A program made the translations under genes and the position numbers. From the IMG/VR virus record IMGVR_UViG_3300027863_001116, positions 1 to 33,667 of that record: 33,667 nucleotides of DNA. One strand, 5' to 3'. This stretch comes from a virus. Its lineage: Duplodnaviria; Caudoviricetes. Within the stretch, counting starts at the first letter, position 1. Every line of letters starts with the position of its first letter. The notes below the pieces were generated by a model. It had not been told where the DNA came from. It made no database searches and saw only the letters and a list, made by a program, of their open reading frames with translations. This document shows positions 18,501 through 27,760 of this stretch, piece by piece.

Positions 18501-19297
18501 AAGGAAAACTTCAGCAGCATGTAGATCATTCCATTTCTGTGACAGTTAATTTACCTAATGATATTAGCGAAGAAATGGTTGCTAAGGTGTACGAAACTGC
18601 ATGGATATCAGGATGTAAAGGATGCACAATTTATCGTGAAGGTTCGCGTAATGGTGTTCTTGTGTCAGATGAAAATAAAAATGCAAATGAAAACAATGAG
18701 TATAAAAATCAAGATATTCACGTACCCAAAAGACCGAAAAGACTAAAGGGTGAAATATATCGTTTTCAGAATAATTTAGAAAGATGGATTGCAGTTGTTG
18801 GATTAAGGGATGGAAGACCATATGAAATATTTACTGGTAAATTAGAAAATGGTTTAAGTAATTTACCCAATAATGTAAAAGATTGTGAAATTGTTAAACA
18901 AATTTTTGAAGAGGAAGAACTGGATGGAAATGGTAATATAGTTAAAGTTAGAAAGAAAAGATATGATATTGAATATGTTGATTCTAATGGAGAAAAACAA
19001 GTTCATATGGGTTTAAATCATGCGTTTAATCCTGAGTATTGGAATTATGCCAAATTTATATCTGCAGTATTAAGGCACGGCATGCCAGTTGCTAAGACAT
19101 ATGAATTAATTGATTCATTAAATTTTAGAGAAAATCATATAAATACGTGGAAAAATGGTGTTGCTCGTGTAATAAAGAGATATATTAAAGATGGGGAGAA
19201 GGGAAAAGGAAAATGTCCTATTTGTGGTAGTGAGCATCTTGAATATAAAGAAGGATGCCTTACTTGTTTATCTTGTGGATATAGTAAATGTTCATAA
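15596..19297 (+). CDS. nrdJ: Class II (adenosylcobalamin-dependent) ribonucleotide reductase, intein-containing
   Basis: SLSNCF, KRRGGVG, QDGRRGALM, TNP|CGEIPL, TIAPTGT, SISVTVN, KGCTIYREGSR and a C-terminal CPICG...CLSCGYSKC. ATG 15596 preferred over TTG 15530. Confidence 0.88.
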   Translation: MEKKILKSYSKQDVLKSALDYFKGDQLAADVWVKKYCLKDENNYYELSPDDMHKRLAKEFARIEAKYPNPLDEERIYETLKEFKRIVPQGGPMAGIGNNFQIISLSNCFVIGNNGNSDSYGGILKIDQEQIQLMKRRGGVGHDLSHIRPGGTPVKNSAITSTGIVPFMERYSNSTKEVAQDGRRGALMLTISITHPDSEKFIDAKLMQGKVTNANISVKLTDEFMRKAIKSEDHNYIQKFPIDIKIPLDEEYSKIIENAKENELVYLPNIGYIRKINAEKLWKKIIYNAWKSAEPGIFFWDKVMSESIPDCYSDEGFSTVSTNPCVSEDTLILTDKGYFKIVDKLNQKVNVWNGKEFSEVIPLITGENQEMLKIIFSDGSELKCTTYHGFYIWEGFERDGKLIKKEAKDLKIGDKLEKYEFPTILTPERSLIDIRLDDDTVLNSDRLYYSLGFFAGDGTIKNNKPYIQLYGEKKQLESIFYKTTEIIENIESDRISFGIELPSVAYALGFEKSKKFVPQNHNLHQYTTNSTLMWLAGIIDSKGSRNFEEDSISISSTDKQFLMDIKLHVLNLLGVNGSVIDEKESDLHEIKGVEYDCNKSYRLIISAYNVKKLYDLGLRTFRVKIDDVNPNRDASRFITVKSIEKIENAEKVYCFTEKNRGRGCFNGVVTANCGEIPLCPYDSCRLVAINLYGYVVNPFTKDAYFDWDLFKSDVQIAMRYMDDIVDLEIEKIDEIINKIKSDPEDEFIKLYELNLWEKIREMSLKGRRTGLGVTAEGDMLAAMGLTYGTDEATEFSEKVHRILKLNAYRSSVIMAKERGSFPIYDWRKEKDNPFIKRIKEEDSELYEDMVKYGRRNISLLTIAPTGTVSIMTQTTSGIEPAFQIFYKRRRKINPQEKDIRIDFVDEEGIAWTEYAVFHHKFEIWLRTNGYDVNVIRTMSKEQLDEIVKKSPYYKATASDVDWVKKVEMQGKLQQHVDHSISVTVNLPNDISEEMVAKVYETAWISGCKGCTIYREGSRNGVLVSDENKNANENNEYKNQDIHVPKRPKRLKGEIYRFQNNLERWIAVVGLRDGRPYEIFTGKLENGLSNLPNNVKDCEIVKQIFEEEELDGNGNIVKVRKKRYDIEYVDSNGEKQVHMGLNHAFNPEYWNYAKFISAVLRHGMPVAKTYELIDSLNFRENHINTWKNGVARVIKRYIKDGEKGKGKCPICGSEHLEYKEGCLTCLSCGYSKCS
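16568..17611 (+). mobile_element. Intein (348 aa) with LAGLIDADG homing-endonuclease domain
   Basis: Starts CVSEDTLILT after TNP; block B LKCTTYHGF; LGFFAGDG and WLAGIIDSKG; ends GVVTAN before CGEI. Confidence 0.9.
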
Positions 19298-19323
19298 TGT
19301 AATTTAAAATTAATATTTTTTTT

Positions 19324-19364
19324 ATATTCCCAATATTTATAAAGAAAATATTGGGAATATTTTT
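19324..19364 (+). terminator. 15-bp inverted repeat / terminator after nrdJ, containing TATTTATA
   Basis: ATATTCCCAATATTT (19324-19338) / AAATATTGGGAATAT (19346-19360), followed by TTTT. Confidence 0.65.
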
Positions 19365-19367
19365 ATT

Positions 19368-19441
19368 GCCGATGTAGCTTTAATTGGTAGAGCACTTGAT
19401 TTGTAATCAGGGGGTTGGGGGTTCGAGTCCCTTCATCGGCT
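19368..19441 (+). tRNA. tRNA-Thr(UGU)
   Basis: Acceptor GCCGATG/CATCGGC; anticodon arm CTTGA-TTTGTAA-TCAGG; GGTTCGAGTCC. Confidence 0.93.
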
Positions 19442-19489
19442 CAATCATTTTTATAAAAAATAAACTATTTATATTAAATATTTTTTTTT

Positions 19490-20215
19490 ATGGAGATAGA
19501 TGAAAGATTAATATCAATAATTAATGATGAAATTCTTTTGTTTGAAAGTGATGTTAGTGGGCATGCGTATGAAAGAATAAAAAAAAGACTTGATACAATG
19601 AAATATTCTGGTGATATTACACCAGAAGAATATGAACAAATAAGAAAAAATTTGAATTTAATTTTATCAAATAATTTTGATTCTAAAAGTTATGGGATAT
19701 TTTTAGGTAAATTTAAACCAAATCCCAATTCAATATATTATACTAATAAAAATATATATGATCCAGGAATACCTTTTTATCAAATTATATCAAATGATGG
19801 TATTTTTGCTAAGGATTCGACAGGTGATGAAATGTGGGCAATTGTTAGAGATAATGTTATAACAACTATTATGTTAAGAAAAAGTACTCAACGAAAATCT
19901 GTTGAAAATGAAAGAGGAGAAGATGGTGGTTTGGGTGTTGATGTTGTAATTAAAAATATTGAAGATTACTTAGCTAAAAAGAAAGAAAAAAATGAAATAG
20001 AAAAATTAAAACAATATCAAAAAGAAGAAGAAAAGAAAAAAATTATTAATATAAATGGAATTTTTTGGGTTATAGCTCCTAATGAAGAGATACTTTATAA
20101 AAAAAATAATCCTAAGCATTATATTACTTTTGATGATATTTTTGATTATCCAGAATGGAATAATGAAGTTAAAGAAAAAGTATTAGATTATATAACTTCA
20201 AAATTTAATGTATAA
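19490..20215 (+). CDS. Hypothetical protein
   Basis: 241 aa. N-terminal LISIINDEI resembles IISIINEEI of the - strand gene. TATTTATA at 19466-19473. Confidence 0.75.
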   Translation: MEIDERLISIINDEILLFESDVSGHAYERIKKRLDTMKYSGDITPEEYEQIRKNLNLILSNNFDSKSYGIFLGKFKPNPNSIYYTNKNIYDPGIPFYQIISNDGIFAKDSTGDEMWAIVRDNVITTIMLRKSTQRKSVENERGEDGGLGVDVVIKNIEDYLAKKKEKNEIEKLKQYQKEEEKKKIININGIFWVIAPNEEILYKKNNPKHYITFDDIFDYPEWNNEVKEKVLDYITSKFNV

Positions 20216-20232
20216 TTTTTTTTAAAATTTCC

Positions 20233-20263
20233 TTGATAAATTAATTATATTTATTTATATTTG
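20233..20263 (+). promoter_or_regulatory. Bacteroidota-type housekeeping promoter
   Basis: TTG at 20233-20235, 20-nt spacer, TATATTTG at 20256-20263. Confidence 0.7.
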
Positions 20264-20319
20264 TAAAATAAATTTTAATTATTATCTATTATATATTGAT
20301 AATCTTATAATAATAAAAA

Positions 20320-20874
20320 ATGAAGGAAAAAAAAATAAAAACTAATAAAATTCCGCGTCAATTTTTTGTTACAAAGGGATTTGGTGTTGATCCTTATGAA
20401 AAGCATGCAGGTGCATATCATATGGCATTATACGATGCAAAAATAGCTGATTTTAATATACAAACATATAGTTCTGTATTATCTCCAGATTCTAAATTGG
20501 TGACGTTGGATGAAATTGACTTAGGGTCGTTCGGAAGTGAATTAAAATGTATAATGTCTTGTGAATTTGGAGAATTTGGTGAATTTATTAGTGCAGGAAT
20601 TATTTATGCATGGATGTATGAAGATGAAAATTTGAATGAAAAACATGGTGGATTGGTTTGTGAAGTTCATGGAAAATTTAGTGTTGAAAGTCTTGAAGAA
20701 AGATTATATTTGGTCTTAAATAATCTTTTTGAGAGAACATATAAAGATCAGGGATTGTTTCTTGGAGAACCCAATGTTATTATTGAAAGTGGTTCGGTTC
20801 CAAACGATATTAGGTATGGTTGTGCATTAGTATCATTGTGTTTTATTGATTATATTACTCAAAGCAACTATTAA
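20320..20874 (+). CDS. Pyruvoyl-dependent arginine decarboxylase
   Basis: IPRQFFVTKGFG, ALYDAKIADFNIQTYSSVL (Ser-Ser self-cleavage site), ISAGI and GGLVCE. Confidence 0.8.
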   Translation: MKEKKIKTNKIPRQFFVTKGFGVDPYEKHAGAYHMALYDAKIADFNIQTYSSVLSPDSKLVTLDEIDLGSFGSELKCIMSCEFGEFGEFISAGIIYAWMYEDENLNEKHGGLVCEVHGKFSVESLEERLYLVLNNLFERTYKDQGLFLGEPNVIIESGSVPNDIRYGCALVSLCFIDYITQSNY

Positions 20875-20905
20875 TAAAAAAATAATTTGATGTTAAAAAA
20901 AAAGT

Positions 20906-21826
20906 ATGGTAAAAAATATTCAAGATGATAAAATAAGAGAAAATGATAAATATGTGATATTTCACATTGAAGGTGGTCATGGTAAAAACATAATGGCAAC
21001 TGCTGTTTGTAGAGCAATAAAAAAACAATATCCGGATAGAAAATTAATTGTGGTTTGTGCCTGGGATGGTCCGTTTTTTTACAATCCAGATGTTTGGCGT
21101 TTTTATTCATTTAATCAGTTTCAGTATTTTTATTCCGATTTTATTAAACCCGACACTAAAATATTTCGTCAAGAAGTTTATCATACCGAAGACCATATTT
21201 TACAAAGAAAACATTTAACACAATCATGGTGTGATATGTATGGAATTCCTTATGATGGATATAAACCTAAAATTTATTTAAATCCAAGAGAAATTGAAAT
21301 AGCTAAGGATAAGATTAAGCCAGATGGAAGACCAATAATGTTGTTACAGACGCACGGAGGTGCACCAAATAGTCAATATAGCAAAAAGTCTTGGTTTAGG
21401 GATATGCCAATTGAAACTGCACAAAAATTAGTTAATTTTTTTTCAAAAACATATCGAATTTTGCATTTAAGATTACCCGAACAACCAGCTTTACAGGGTG
21501 TAGAGACATTAATTTTACCTCACAGAGAATTATATGCAGTGTTTTTGTTATCGACCAAAAGGTTGTTTATTGATTCATTTGCGCAACATGTTGCGGCTGC
21601 ATTGGATTTACAAAGCACTGTTGTTTGGATTGGAAATAAACCAGAGGTGTTTGGATATCCAGAAAACATTAATGTTTTACCCAAAGCAAATTATGTTCGA
21701 GAATTAAATAAATTTAGTTATTTAGAACAGTTTGATATATCAGGACAAGTTCAGCAATTTCCATATGATACTGTAAATGTTTTTGATATTAATGAAATTA
21801 TTGATGCGGTAAATAAACAGAAATAA
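20906..21826 (+). CDS. GT-B glycosyltransferase, GT9 (heptosyltransferase)-like
   Basis: GGHGKNIMATAVCRAIKKQYPD and FIDSFAQHVAAAL...VVW motifs. Confidence 0.7.
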   Translation: MVKNIQDDKIRENDKYVIFHIEGGHGKNIMATAVCRAIKKQYPDRKLIVVCAWDGPFFYNPDVWRFYSFNQFQYFYSDFIKPDTKIFRQEVYHTEDHILQRKHLTQSWCDMYGIPYDGYKPKIYLNPREIEIAKDKIKPDGRPIMLLQTHGGAPNSQYSKKSWFRDMPIETAQKLVNFFSKTYRILHLRLPEQPALQGVETLILPHRELYAVFLLSTKRLFIDSFAQHVAAALDLQSTVVWIGNKPEVFGYPENINVLPKANYVRELNKFSYLEQFDISGQVQQFPYDTVNVFDINEIIDAVNKQK

Positions 21827-21863
21827 ACAGGTTTTATTAATTTTATTAATTTTTTGCTGTAGT

Positions 21864-21908
21864 AACGTTTCATAAGCCTAATTTTTAGGTGTCATGAAAC
21901 GTTTTTTT
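21864..21908 (+). terminator. Terminator-like long hairpin
   Basis: AACGTTTCAT/ATGAAACGTT with inner GCCTAA/TTAGGT, followed by a T tract. Confidence 0.65.
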
Positions 21909-21932
21909 ATATAATAATATTCTTTTTGTTTT

Positions 21933-22006
21933 CATATTGTTGTTTATTTTTTTAGTATTTATTTGAAATAGATAATTATTTTTTTTTATAAAAAAATAAC
22001 AATATG
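21933..22006 (+). promoter_or_regulatory. Hairpin pairing with the start codon of 22004, enclosing GTATTTAT (21955-21962)
   Basis: CATATTGTT (21933-21941) / AACAATATG (21998-22006), plus T7/A7 inner pairing. Confidence 0.55.
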
Positions 22007-23185
22007 AGTGATAGATCAAATTTTAGTGTAATTGGTGGTGTTGGAGGTGTTACGCCAACATCGGCATTTTTGTATTGGGATAGTTCTAATAACAGATATG
22101 TGCCATATTCAAGTAAGCAAAGTTCGTTGATACATTTTTATTGTGGTACAACAAATCCTGATAATACAACTAGGATTAATTTAGATGGTAGTTTATATGT
22201 GCCAACTCTTTCTATAACAAATATACCAGCTAAAACTAATGAAACAAATATATTATATTATAACACATCAAGTCATGCATTAAGTAGTGGTAATTTAACA
22301 AATGGAGGTAATGGTTCGTTGCAATATAATGATAATGGTGTTTTAAACGGTACTAATTTATATTGGAGAGAAGATGTTAGTGGGTTTACGTGGGGAACTG
22401 GATATACACCATCTGGTGATACTATATTTACACTATATAAAAATTTTAATTATGATGAAGGAGCAACTGGATTTTTATCTTTAGGTGTTTGTGGGTCATC
22501 AAGTATGTATGTATTAAATATTGGTTATGATTGTAATTATATTTATGGTTGTTCTTATCAAATTCAATCAAATTTACCATTATCAATTTCTTCATGTGAT
22601 GATTATACAAGCGGTTCTTCTTCTATTCTAATTGATTCTGATCGAACAGAAATTAATGGATTTAATTGTGTTGTAGCGAAAGGGAATGATATATATTTTA
22701 ATGCAATAAAGAATACGTTATATTATGAAAAAACGGGTATTACTGTAAATCAATTGAATTTATTACGTAATTGTAATAGAAAGATTATTCAATGGGGAAC
22801 CACTAATGGTACAAATTCAACTCGTTTGTGTAATGGTTTAAGTGAAGAATATAATAATTCGTTAGGGAATTATCAGGTTGAATATGTATGCCATGTTGCA
22901 ATGTCTTTTGATGCATGTGTTAACGGTATAGATGGTATTAATGGTGATAGTGTTTCATTTTTCTTTCAAGGACTAATAAAACGTCCATCAGGTGGTACTG
23001 TTTCAATTATAGGAACACCATCAAAGGTATTTTATAAAGATACGGCATTATCTAGTGCAGATGCTAATGTATATGCAAATAATACCACTAAAACATTAGA
23101 TATTTGTGTTTGTGGTGTTAGTGGTAAATGTATGTTGTGGAATGCTATTGTAAATTCAATGCAATTGGTTGGTGTGAAATGTTAG
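22004..23185 (+). CDS. Probable virion fibre/structural protein
   Basis: G/S/T/N/C-rich beta-type composition; GSLQYNDNGVLNG fibre-like motif. Confidence 0.6.
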   Translation: MSDRSNFSVIGGVGGVTPTSAFLYWDSSNNRYVPYSSKQSSLIHFYCGTTNPDNTTRINLDGSLYVPTLSITNIPAKTNETNILYYNTSSHALSSGNLTNGGNGSLQYNDNGVLNGTNLYWREDVSGFTWGTGYTPSGDTIFTLYKNFNYDEGATGFLSLGVCGSSSMYVLNIGYDCNYIYGCSYQIQSNLPLSISSCDDYTSGSSSILIDSDRTEINGFNCVVAKGNDIYFNAIKNTLYYEKTGITVNQLNLLRNCNRKIIQWGTTNGTNSTRLCNGLSEEYNNSLGNYQVEYVCHVAMSFDACVNGIDGINGDSVSFFFQGLIKRPSGGTVSIIGTPSKVFYKDTALSSADANVYANNTTKTLDICVCGVSGKCMLWNAIVNSMQLVGVKC

Positions 23186-23787
23186 TTAGTATTATTACTC
23201 CATGTAGTAGACCATTAAACTTACCAACAATTTATTGGTCAATTCTTAATATGAATACGGATGATGTTGAATGGATAATAGTTTATGATGGAGATGTTGT
23301 AGATAAAAGAATTTTGCAATATCAAGATAGAGTATCAATAAAATTATTCAATAAAATTCCGGATAATAATGATTTAAGGGGAACTAGATGTAATAAATTA
23401 AGAAATATTGGTATTGAAAATGCAATTGGTAATTATTTGTATTTTCTTGATGATGATAATATAGTTCACCCTAAGTTGTATGATAGAATATGTAGATATA
23501 AAGATGAATGGAATAGTAAAATATTAGTTTTTAATCAATATAGTCCCAAATTTAATGAAAGGATTTTGAGATTAGATGAAAGTTGCGTTAAGGAAGGTGT
23601 TTTAGATACAGCGCAATTTGTTGTACCAAGAATATATAAAACTAGATGGACAATTAATCAAATTAATTATTATGAAGAAATTGATTATTTTAAAAATTTA
23701 ATGAATGAAGCAGGTAATGATAATATTATTTGGATTAATAGATTATACACTTTTAGAAATTATTTGAGATTTGGTGGAATTTTATAA
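23179..23787 (+). CDS. Glycosyltransferase family 2
   Basis: MLVSIITPCSR, EWIIVYD, RNIGIENAIGNYLYFLDDDN. ATG 23179 preferred over 23128. Confidence 0.85.
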   Translation: MLVSIITPCSRPLNLPTIYWSILNMNTDDVEWIIVYDGDVVDKRILQYQDRVSIKLFNKIPDNNDLRGTRCNKLRNIGIENAIGNYLYFLDDDNIVHPKLYDRICRYKDEWNSKILVFNQYSPKFNERILRLDESCVKEGVLDTAQFVVPRIYKTRWTINQINYYEEIDYFKNLMNEAGNDNIIWINRLYTFRNYLRFGGIL

Positions 23788-23897
23788 ATATCAAAATTTC
23801 ATTAAATTTAGTATTTTAATTTTATATCATTTATAATAAACAATCTTTTTTAGTATTTATTTTAAAGTATTAATATTATATTTTGAAATAAATAATT

Positions 23898-26612
23898 ATG
23901 GCAATAGTAGATACCAAACCTAATCTAAATAGTTGCAAATTTGAACAATGTGTTGGGGATACATTGGGATTATCTGGCATAACAAATGTTTTTGGTAGTT
24001 TTAATATTAAATCTAATGGTTGCATTGATTCGATTAATGGTTATAAAATTAGTGGAAATACAATATTAAAAACAAAAACAACCGATATTAATTCAATTTT
24101 TATTGGAAGTGGTGCTGGAAGTTCGGTTGGTAATGGAATATCTAATATTGCAATTGGTAGTTCATCTCTTTATAATAATCAATCTGGTTGTTATAATATT
24201 GCTATTGGTTATAATACATTACATGACAATATAACGGGTTGTTATAATATTGCTAATGGATATTGTGCTCTTTATGCAAATATTTCTGGTTCAAGTAACA
24301 TTGCAATTGGTAATCGAGCACTTGCTAGTAACACAATAGGACATGAAAATATTGCACTTGGTTGTTTATCTCTTTATAATAATCAATCTGGTTCTTTAAA
24401 TGTTGCTATTGGTTATTACACATTATTTAACAATATAAAAGGTTGTAATAATATTGCTAATGGATATTGTGCTCTTTTTGGAAATATTTCTGGTTCAACT
24501 AACATTGCAATTGGTGATCGAGCACTTGCTTGTAATAAAAAAGGATGTGAAAATATTGCAATTGGTCAATTTACTCTTGTATGTAACGATTCAGGAAGAG
24601 CAAATATTGCATTAGGTTCAGATGCTCTTTTTTGTAATACAAGTGGTATTTATAATATAGCGATTGGAGTTCATTCACTTTTTTATAATACAAGTGGTTC
24701 TGATAATGTAGCGCTTGGGTATTTTTCTCTTAATTGTAATACAACAGGTTGCGAAAATATTGCAATTGGAACATCTGCACTTAATAATAACACAACTGGA
24801 TGTTATAATATTTCGTTTGGTTATCATAGTCTTTATTTTAATCAAAATGGTACTGATAATATTGCGATTGGACATAATGTGCTTTATAACAACATTAGTG
24901 GTGCAAAAAATATTGGAATTGGTGTGGCTACACTTATAAATAATAGTTCTGGTCAACTAAATGTCGCGTTAGGTTATAATGCACTAACTTCAAATACGAT
25001 TGGTAATGATAATATAGCAATTGGTACAAATGCATTGCTTTATAATACTAGTGGTTGTTTTAATATTGCATATGGTTTTAATGCTTTACGTTGTAATGTA
25101 ACTGGTTGCAATAATGTTGCAATAGGAGAACTTGCTGGTTATTATGTTACTGGAAGTTCAAATGTTATGATTGGTAGTTGTGCAGGATATTATGAAAGGA
25201 AGTCGAATAAATTATATATTGCAAATTGTGGGGAATGTTCACTTATTTATGGTGAATTTGACAATAAAATACTTTGTATTAATGCCAGGACATATATAAC
25301 GAATTTAACTAGCGGGTCAACAGCAAAAGCGGTTTATTATAATCCAACTACGCATGAATTATCATATGGAGGCGCATTCACAGGATCGTCAAATAATGTT
25401 AGTGGAGAAAAAGTTAGTAAAATAATTAATAAAACATCTCACGGATTTAATGTTGGAGATGTGATTGGATGGTCTGGTGGCACTTACAATAAAGCAATTG
25501 CTAAAAATTCGTATGATGGTGAAACTATTGGTATTGTATCGAAGGTTGTTGATAGTAATAATTTTGAATTAACTCAATCGGGATATATTACAGGATTAAC
25601 GGGTTTAGTAACAAACACGACATATTTCTTAAGTTCATCAACACCAGGACAGTTGACATCAACAAAACCATCGAGCGATGGTGATGTTGTAAAAGCAGTA
25701 TTAGTTGCAAATTCTAGTACAACTGGATGGGTATTACCATATCCTGGTTATGTTGTTTCAACTGGCAATACAGGTACTGTTGAATGGGGTCAAATTACCG
25801 GAAATATTACTGGTCAAACGGATTTAATGCAGCAATTGACATATTGCCTTAATTCACCATCGACATGTACAGTTGGGGGTATTACGGCTGGTACTGTGTT
25901 GACGGGAAAGACAATGATGTGTTTGTTACAGGATATACTTGCACCATATATTATTCCTACATTTAGCGCGTTTGATATGACAGGAACGTTTCCCATTGAA
26001 GTGGGAAGTGTATTTTCTGGATCAAAAACATTTACTTGGTCTACAACAACAAGTTCAAATGTTGCAACTAATAGTATTGGTATTGCTGAGGTGGGTGGTT
26101 CTGTGCTGTGTACTGGGTTGGCAAACACTGGTAGTGCAAGTGTTAATATTGGAAGTAAAACGAATACTTCGCCCACGACGTGGACATGGAGAATTAGTGG
26201 TTGCTCTACTCAACATCATTGTTTTACAAGAGATGTTAGTAAATGTAGTATTTATCCTTATTATTATGGTAAATTGACATCGGGTTCACGTCCGCCTGTA
26301 ACCAATTCGTTAGTAACGGGTGGTACTAAAGTTGTTGGCAATAGCAATGGAACTGTTACGGTTAATTTTAATAGCGCATCGAACGAATATACGTGGCTTG
26401 CAATTCCAGCGGCATCAACATCAAAAACATGTTGGTATCGTACTGCATTAGATAATGGTAGAATAGCAAGTTCTCCTAGCGATAAATATCCGGATGAATG
26501 TATAATATCAATTTCATCGGGACAAGGTTGCTGGTCAAATGTTAATTATAAAGTATATATGAGTGATACTGTTGGAGAAATAACAACAGCAATTGAGTTT
26601 AGAAATAGTTAA
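23898..26612 (+). CDS. Tail-fibre/adhesin-like protein with beta-solenoid repeats
   Basis: About 21 NIAIGxxxLxxNxxGxx repeats, then HGFNVGDVI and TYFLSSSTPGQLT modules. Confidence 0.75.
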   Translation: MAIVDTKPNLNSCKFEQCVGDTLGLSGITNVFGSFNIKSNGCIDSINGYKISGNTILKTKTTDINSIFIGSGAGSSVGNGISNIAIGSSSLYNNQSGCYNIAIGYNTLHDNITGCYNIANGYCALYANISGSSNIAIGNRALASNTIGHENIALGCLSLYNNQSGSLNVAIGYYTLFNNIKGCNNIANGYCALFGNISGSTNIAIGDRALACNKKGCENIAIGQFTLVCNDSGRANIALGSDALFCNTSGIYNIAIGVHSLFYNTSGSDNVALGYFSLNCNTTGCENIAIGTSALNNNTTGCYNISFGYHSLYFNQNGTDNIAIGHNVLYNNISGAKNIGIGVATLINNSSGQLNVALGYNALTSNTIGNDNIAIGTNALLYNTSGCFNIAYGFNALRCNVTGCNNVAIGELAGYYVTGSSNVMIGSCAGYYERKSNKLYIANCGECSLIYGEFDNKILCINARTYITNLTSGSTAKAVYYNPTTHELSYGGAFTGSSNNVSGEKVSKIINKTSHGFNVGDVIGWSGGTYNKAIAKNSYDGETIGIVSKVVDSNNFELTQSGYITGLTGLVTNTTYFLSSSTPGQLTSTKPSSDGDVVKAVLVANSSTTGWVLPYPGYVVSTGNTGTVEWGQITGNITGQTDLMQQLTYCLNSPSTCTVGGITAGTVLTGKTMMCLLQDILAPYIIPTFSAFDMTGTFPIEVGSVFSGSKTFTWSTTTSSNVATNSIGIAEVGGSVLCTGLANTGSASVNIGSKTNTSPTTWTWRISGCSTQHHCFTRDVSKCSIYPYYYGKLTSGSRPPVTNSLVTGGTKVVGNSNGTVTVNFNSASNEYTWLAIPAASTSKTCWYRTALDNGRIASSPSDKYPDECIISISSGQGCWSNVNYKVYMSDTVGEITTAIEFRNS
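24144..25208 (+). repeat. 51-nt (17-aa) coding repeat array with a 204-nt internal duplication
   Basis: 19 regular plus 2 degenerate units. Units 1-4 and 5-8 share long DNA stretches such as TCTCTTTATAATAATCAATCTGGTT. Confidence 0.85.
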
Positions 26613-26624
26613 AAAATAAATAAA

Positions 26625-27074
26625 ATGGCAATAGTATTAAGCGATAATATTAAAACAAATGCACCCAAACCTACCGATAGTAGGTATTTAAATAATCTTA
26701 CGCCATATACTGGTGTAACACAAGTAAATACTTTAATTCCAAGTGGGACTAGGTATATTGGGTTAACTGTAAATATTAATAATGTGGAGTATTGGTATAA
26801 GGATGGTGTTGATGATAGTAATTTAGTAATAAAATCGTCGGAAAATACTGCTACAATTTCTCAATACACAATTTCCGGTGATGGTTCTAATTGTGGATTT
26901 TTAATAAACCATAGTAAGAATAGACAGTTTGTGAGTGTTGATGTTATTCAAAACTCAACACCTTATTCGACGGTTTATGTTGATGTACAAAGACCAAATG
27001 CAAATTGTATTTGTGTCTTATTTGATACGCCACCAGGTAATGGTGTGCAATATGTTGTTAGTGTGATTGGATAA
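26625..27074 (+). CDS. Probable virion structural protein
   Basis: 149 aa; N-terminal PKPTDSRY module; within the fibre cluster. Confidence 0.65.
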   Translation: MAIVLSDNIKTNAPKPTDSRYLNNLTPYTGVTQVNTLIPSGTRYIGLTVNINNVEYWYKDGVDDSNLVIKSSENTATISQYTISGDGSNCGFLINHSKNRQFVSVDVIQNSTPYSTVYVDVQRPNANCICVLFDTPPGNGVQYVVSVIG

Positions 27075-27103
27075 ATAATAAAAGTAAATAAAAATAAATA
27101 AAT

Positions 27104-27430
27104 ATGGCAAAAATAGATTTAATAACATTAACAGGATTTACCGCAGTTGACGGTAGTGTTGTCCAAAGTGGTGCAACAATAAAATTTGATAGCGAATTTT
27201 ATGCAAATAGTAATAATGTTATAATAAAATTTAAAGTTTATAGAAGTCGAGAGTTATTTGAGGCTAAATATAGTGAAATAAAAACGATTGAAATTCCTAA
27301 TGATATTTTGATTGAATTTACAGAGGAAGATTTATATACTTTAACTCCGGCAGTGTTATATACTAAAGTTAGAGATTATCTGAATAATTATTTTGGTAAT
27401 AATGTTGTTGAAGTTAGAGTAATACAATAA
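27104..27430 (+). CDS. Hypothetical protein
   Basis: 108-aa co-oriented ORF. Confidence 0.7.
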   Translation: MAKIDLITLTGFTAVDGSVVQSGATIKFDSEFYANSNNVIIKFKVYRSRELFEAKYSEIKTIEIPNDILIEFTEEDLYTLTPAVLYTKVRDYLNNYFGNNVVEVRVIQ

Positions 27431-27460
27431 ATAAATAATTTTTAAATAAAATTTTAAAAT

Positions 27461-27730
27461 ATGAGCGGATTTTTATTACCAGAATATAATATCCAAGAAC
27501 ATAATAGAGATGCTGCTATGTTGGTGGATGAAGTAAGTCCGACAGAATATTATGTTGGTGTTTCTATAAATCATGCAGATACAACCAAACCAACGTGGAA
27601 AATAAAAAAAATTTGGAAAGTGGGAAATATTTGGCATTTTGGATTTCCGCAAGAAAACCCAGAATATGCGGGAAATCAAGAATATAAATGGATTTGGGAT
27701 AATAGATATTCATATATATATTCATTATAA
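27461..27730 (+). CDS. Hypothetical Trp-rich small protein
   Basis: 89 aa, YYVG...WKIKKI...WDNRYSYIY. Confidence 0.7.
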   Translation: MSGFLLPEYNIQEHNRDAAMLVDEVSPTEYYVGVSINHADTTKPTWKIKKIWKVGNIWHFGFPQENPEYAGNQEYKWIWDNRYSYIYSL

Positions 27731-27760
27731 GTAATGTGATGTGTAATTGTTGGTTATTTT

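Noticed and set aside
24144-24560. DGR template/variable repeat pair
   Set aside because: The 204-nt duplication is tandem and in frame, differences are not confined to adenines, and no reverse transcriptase is present in the window.
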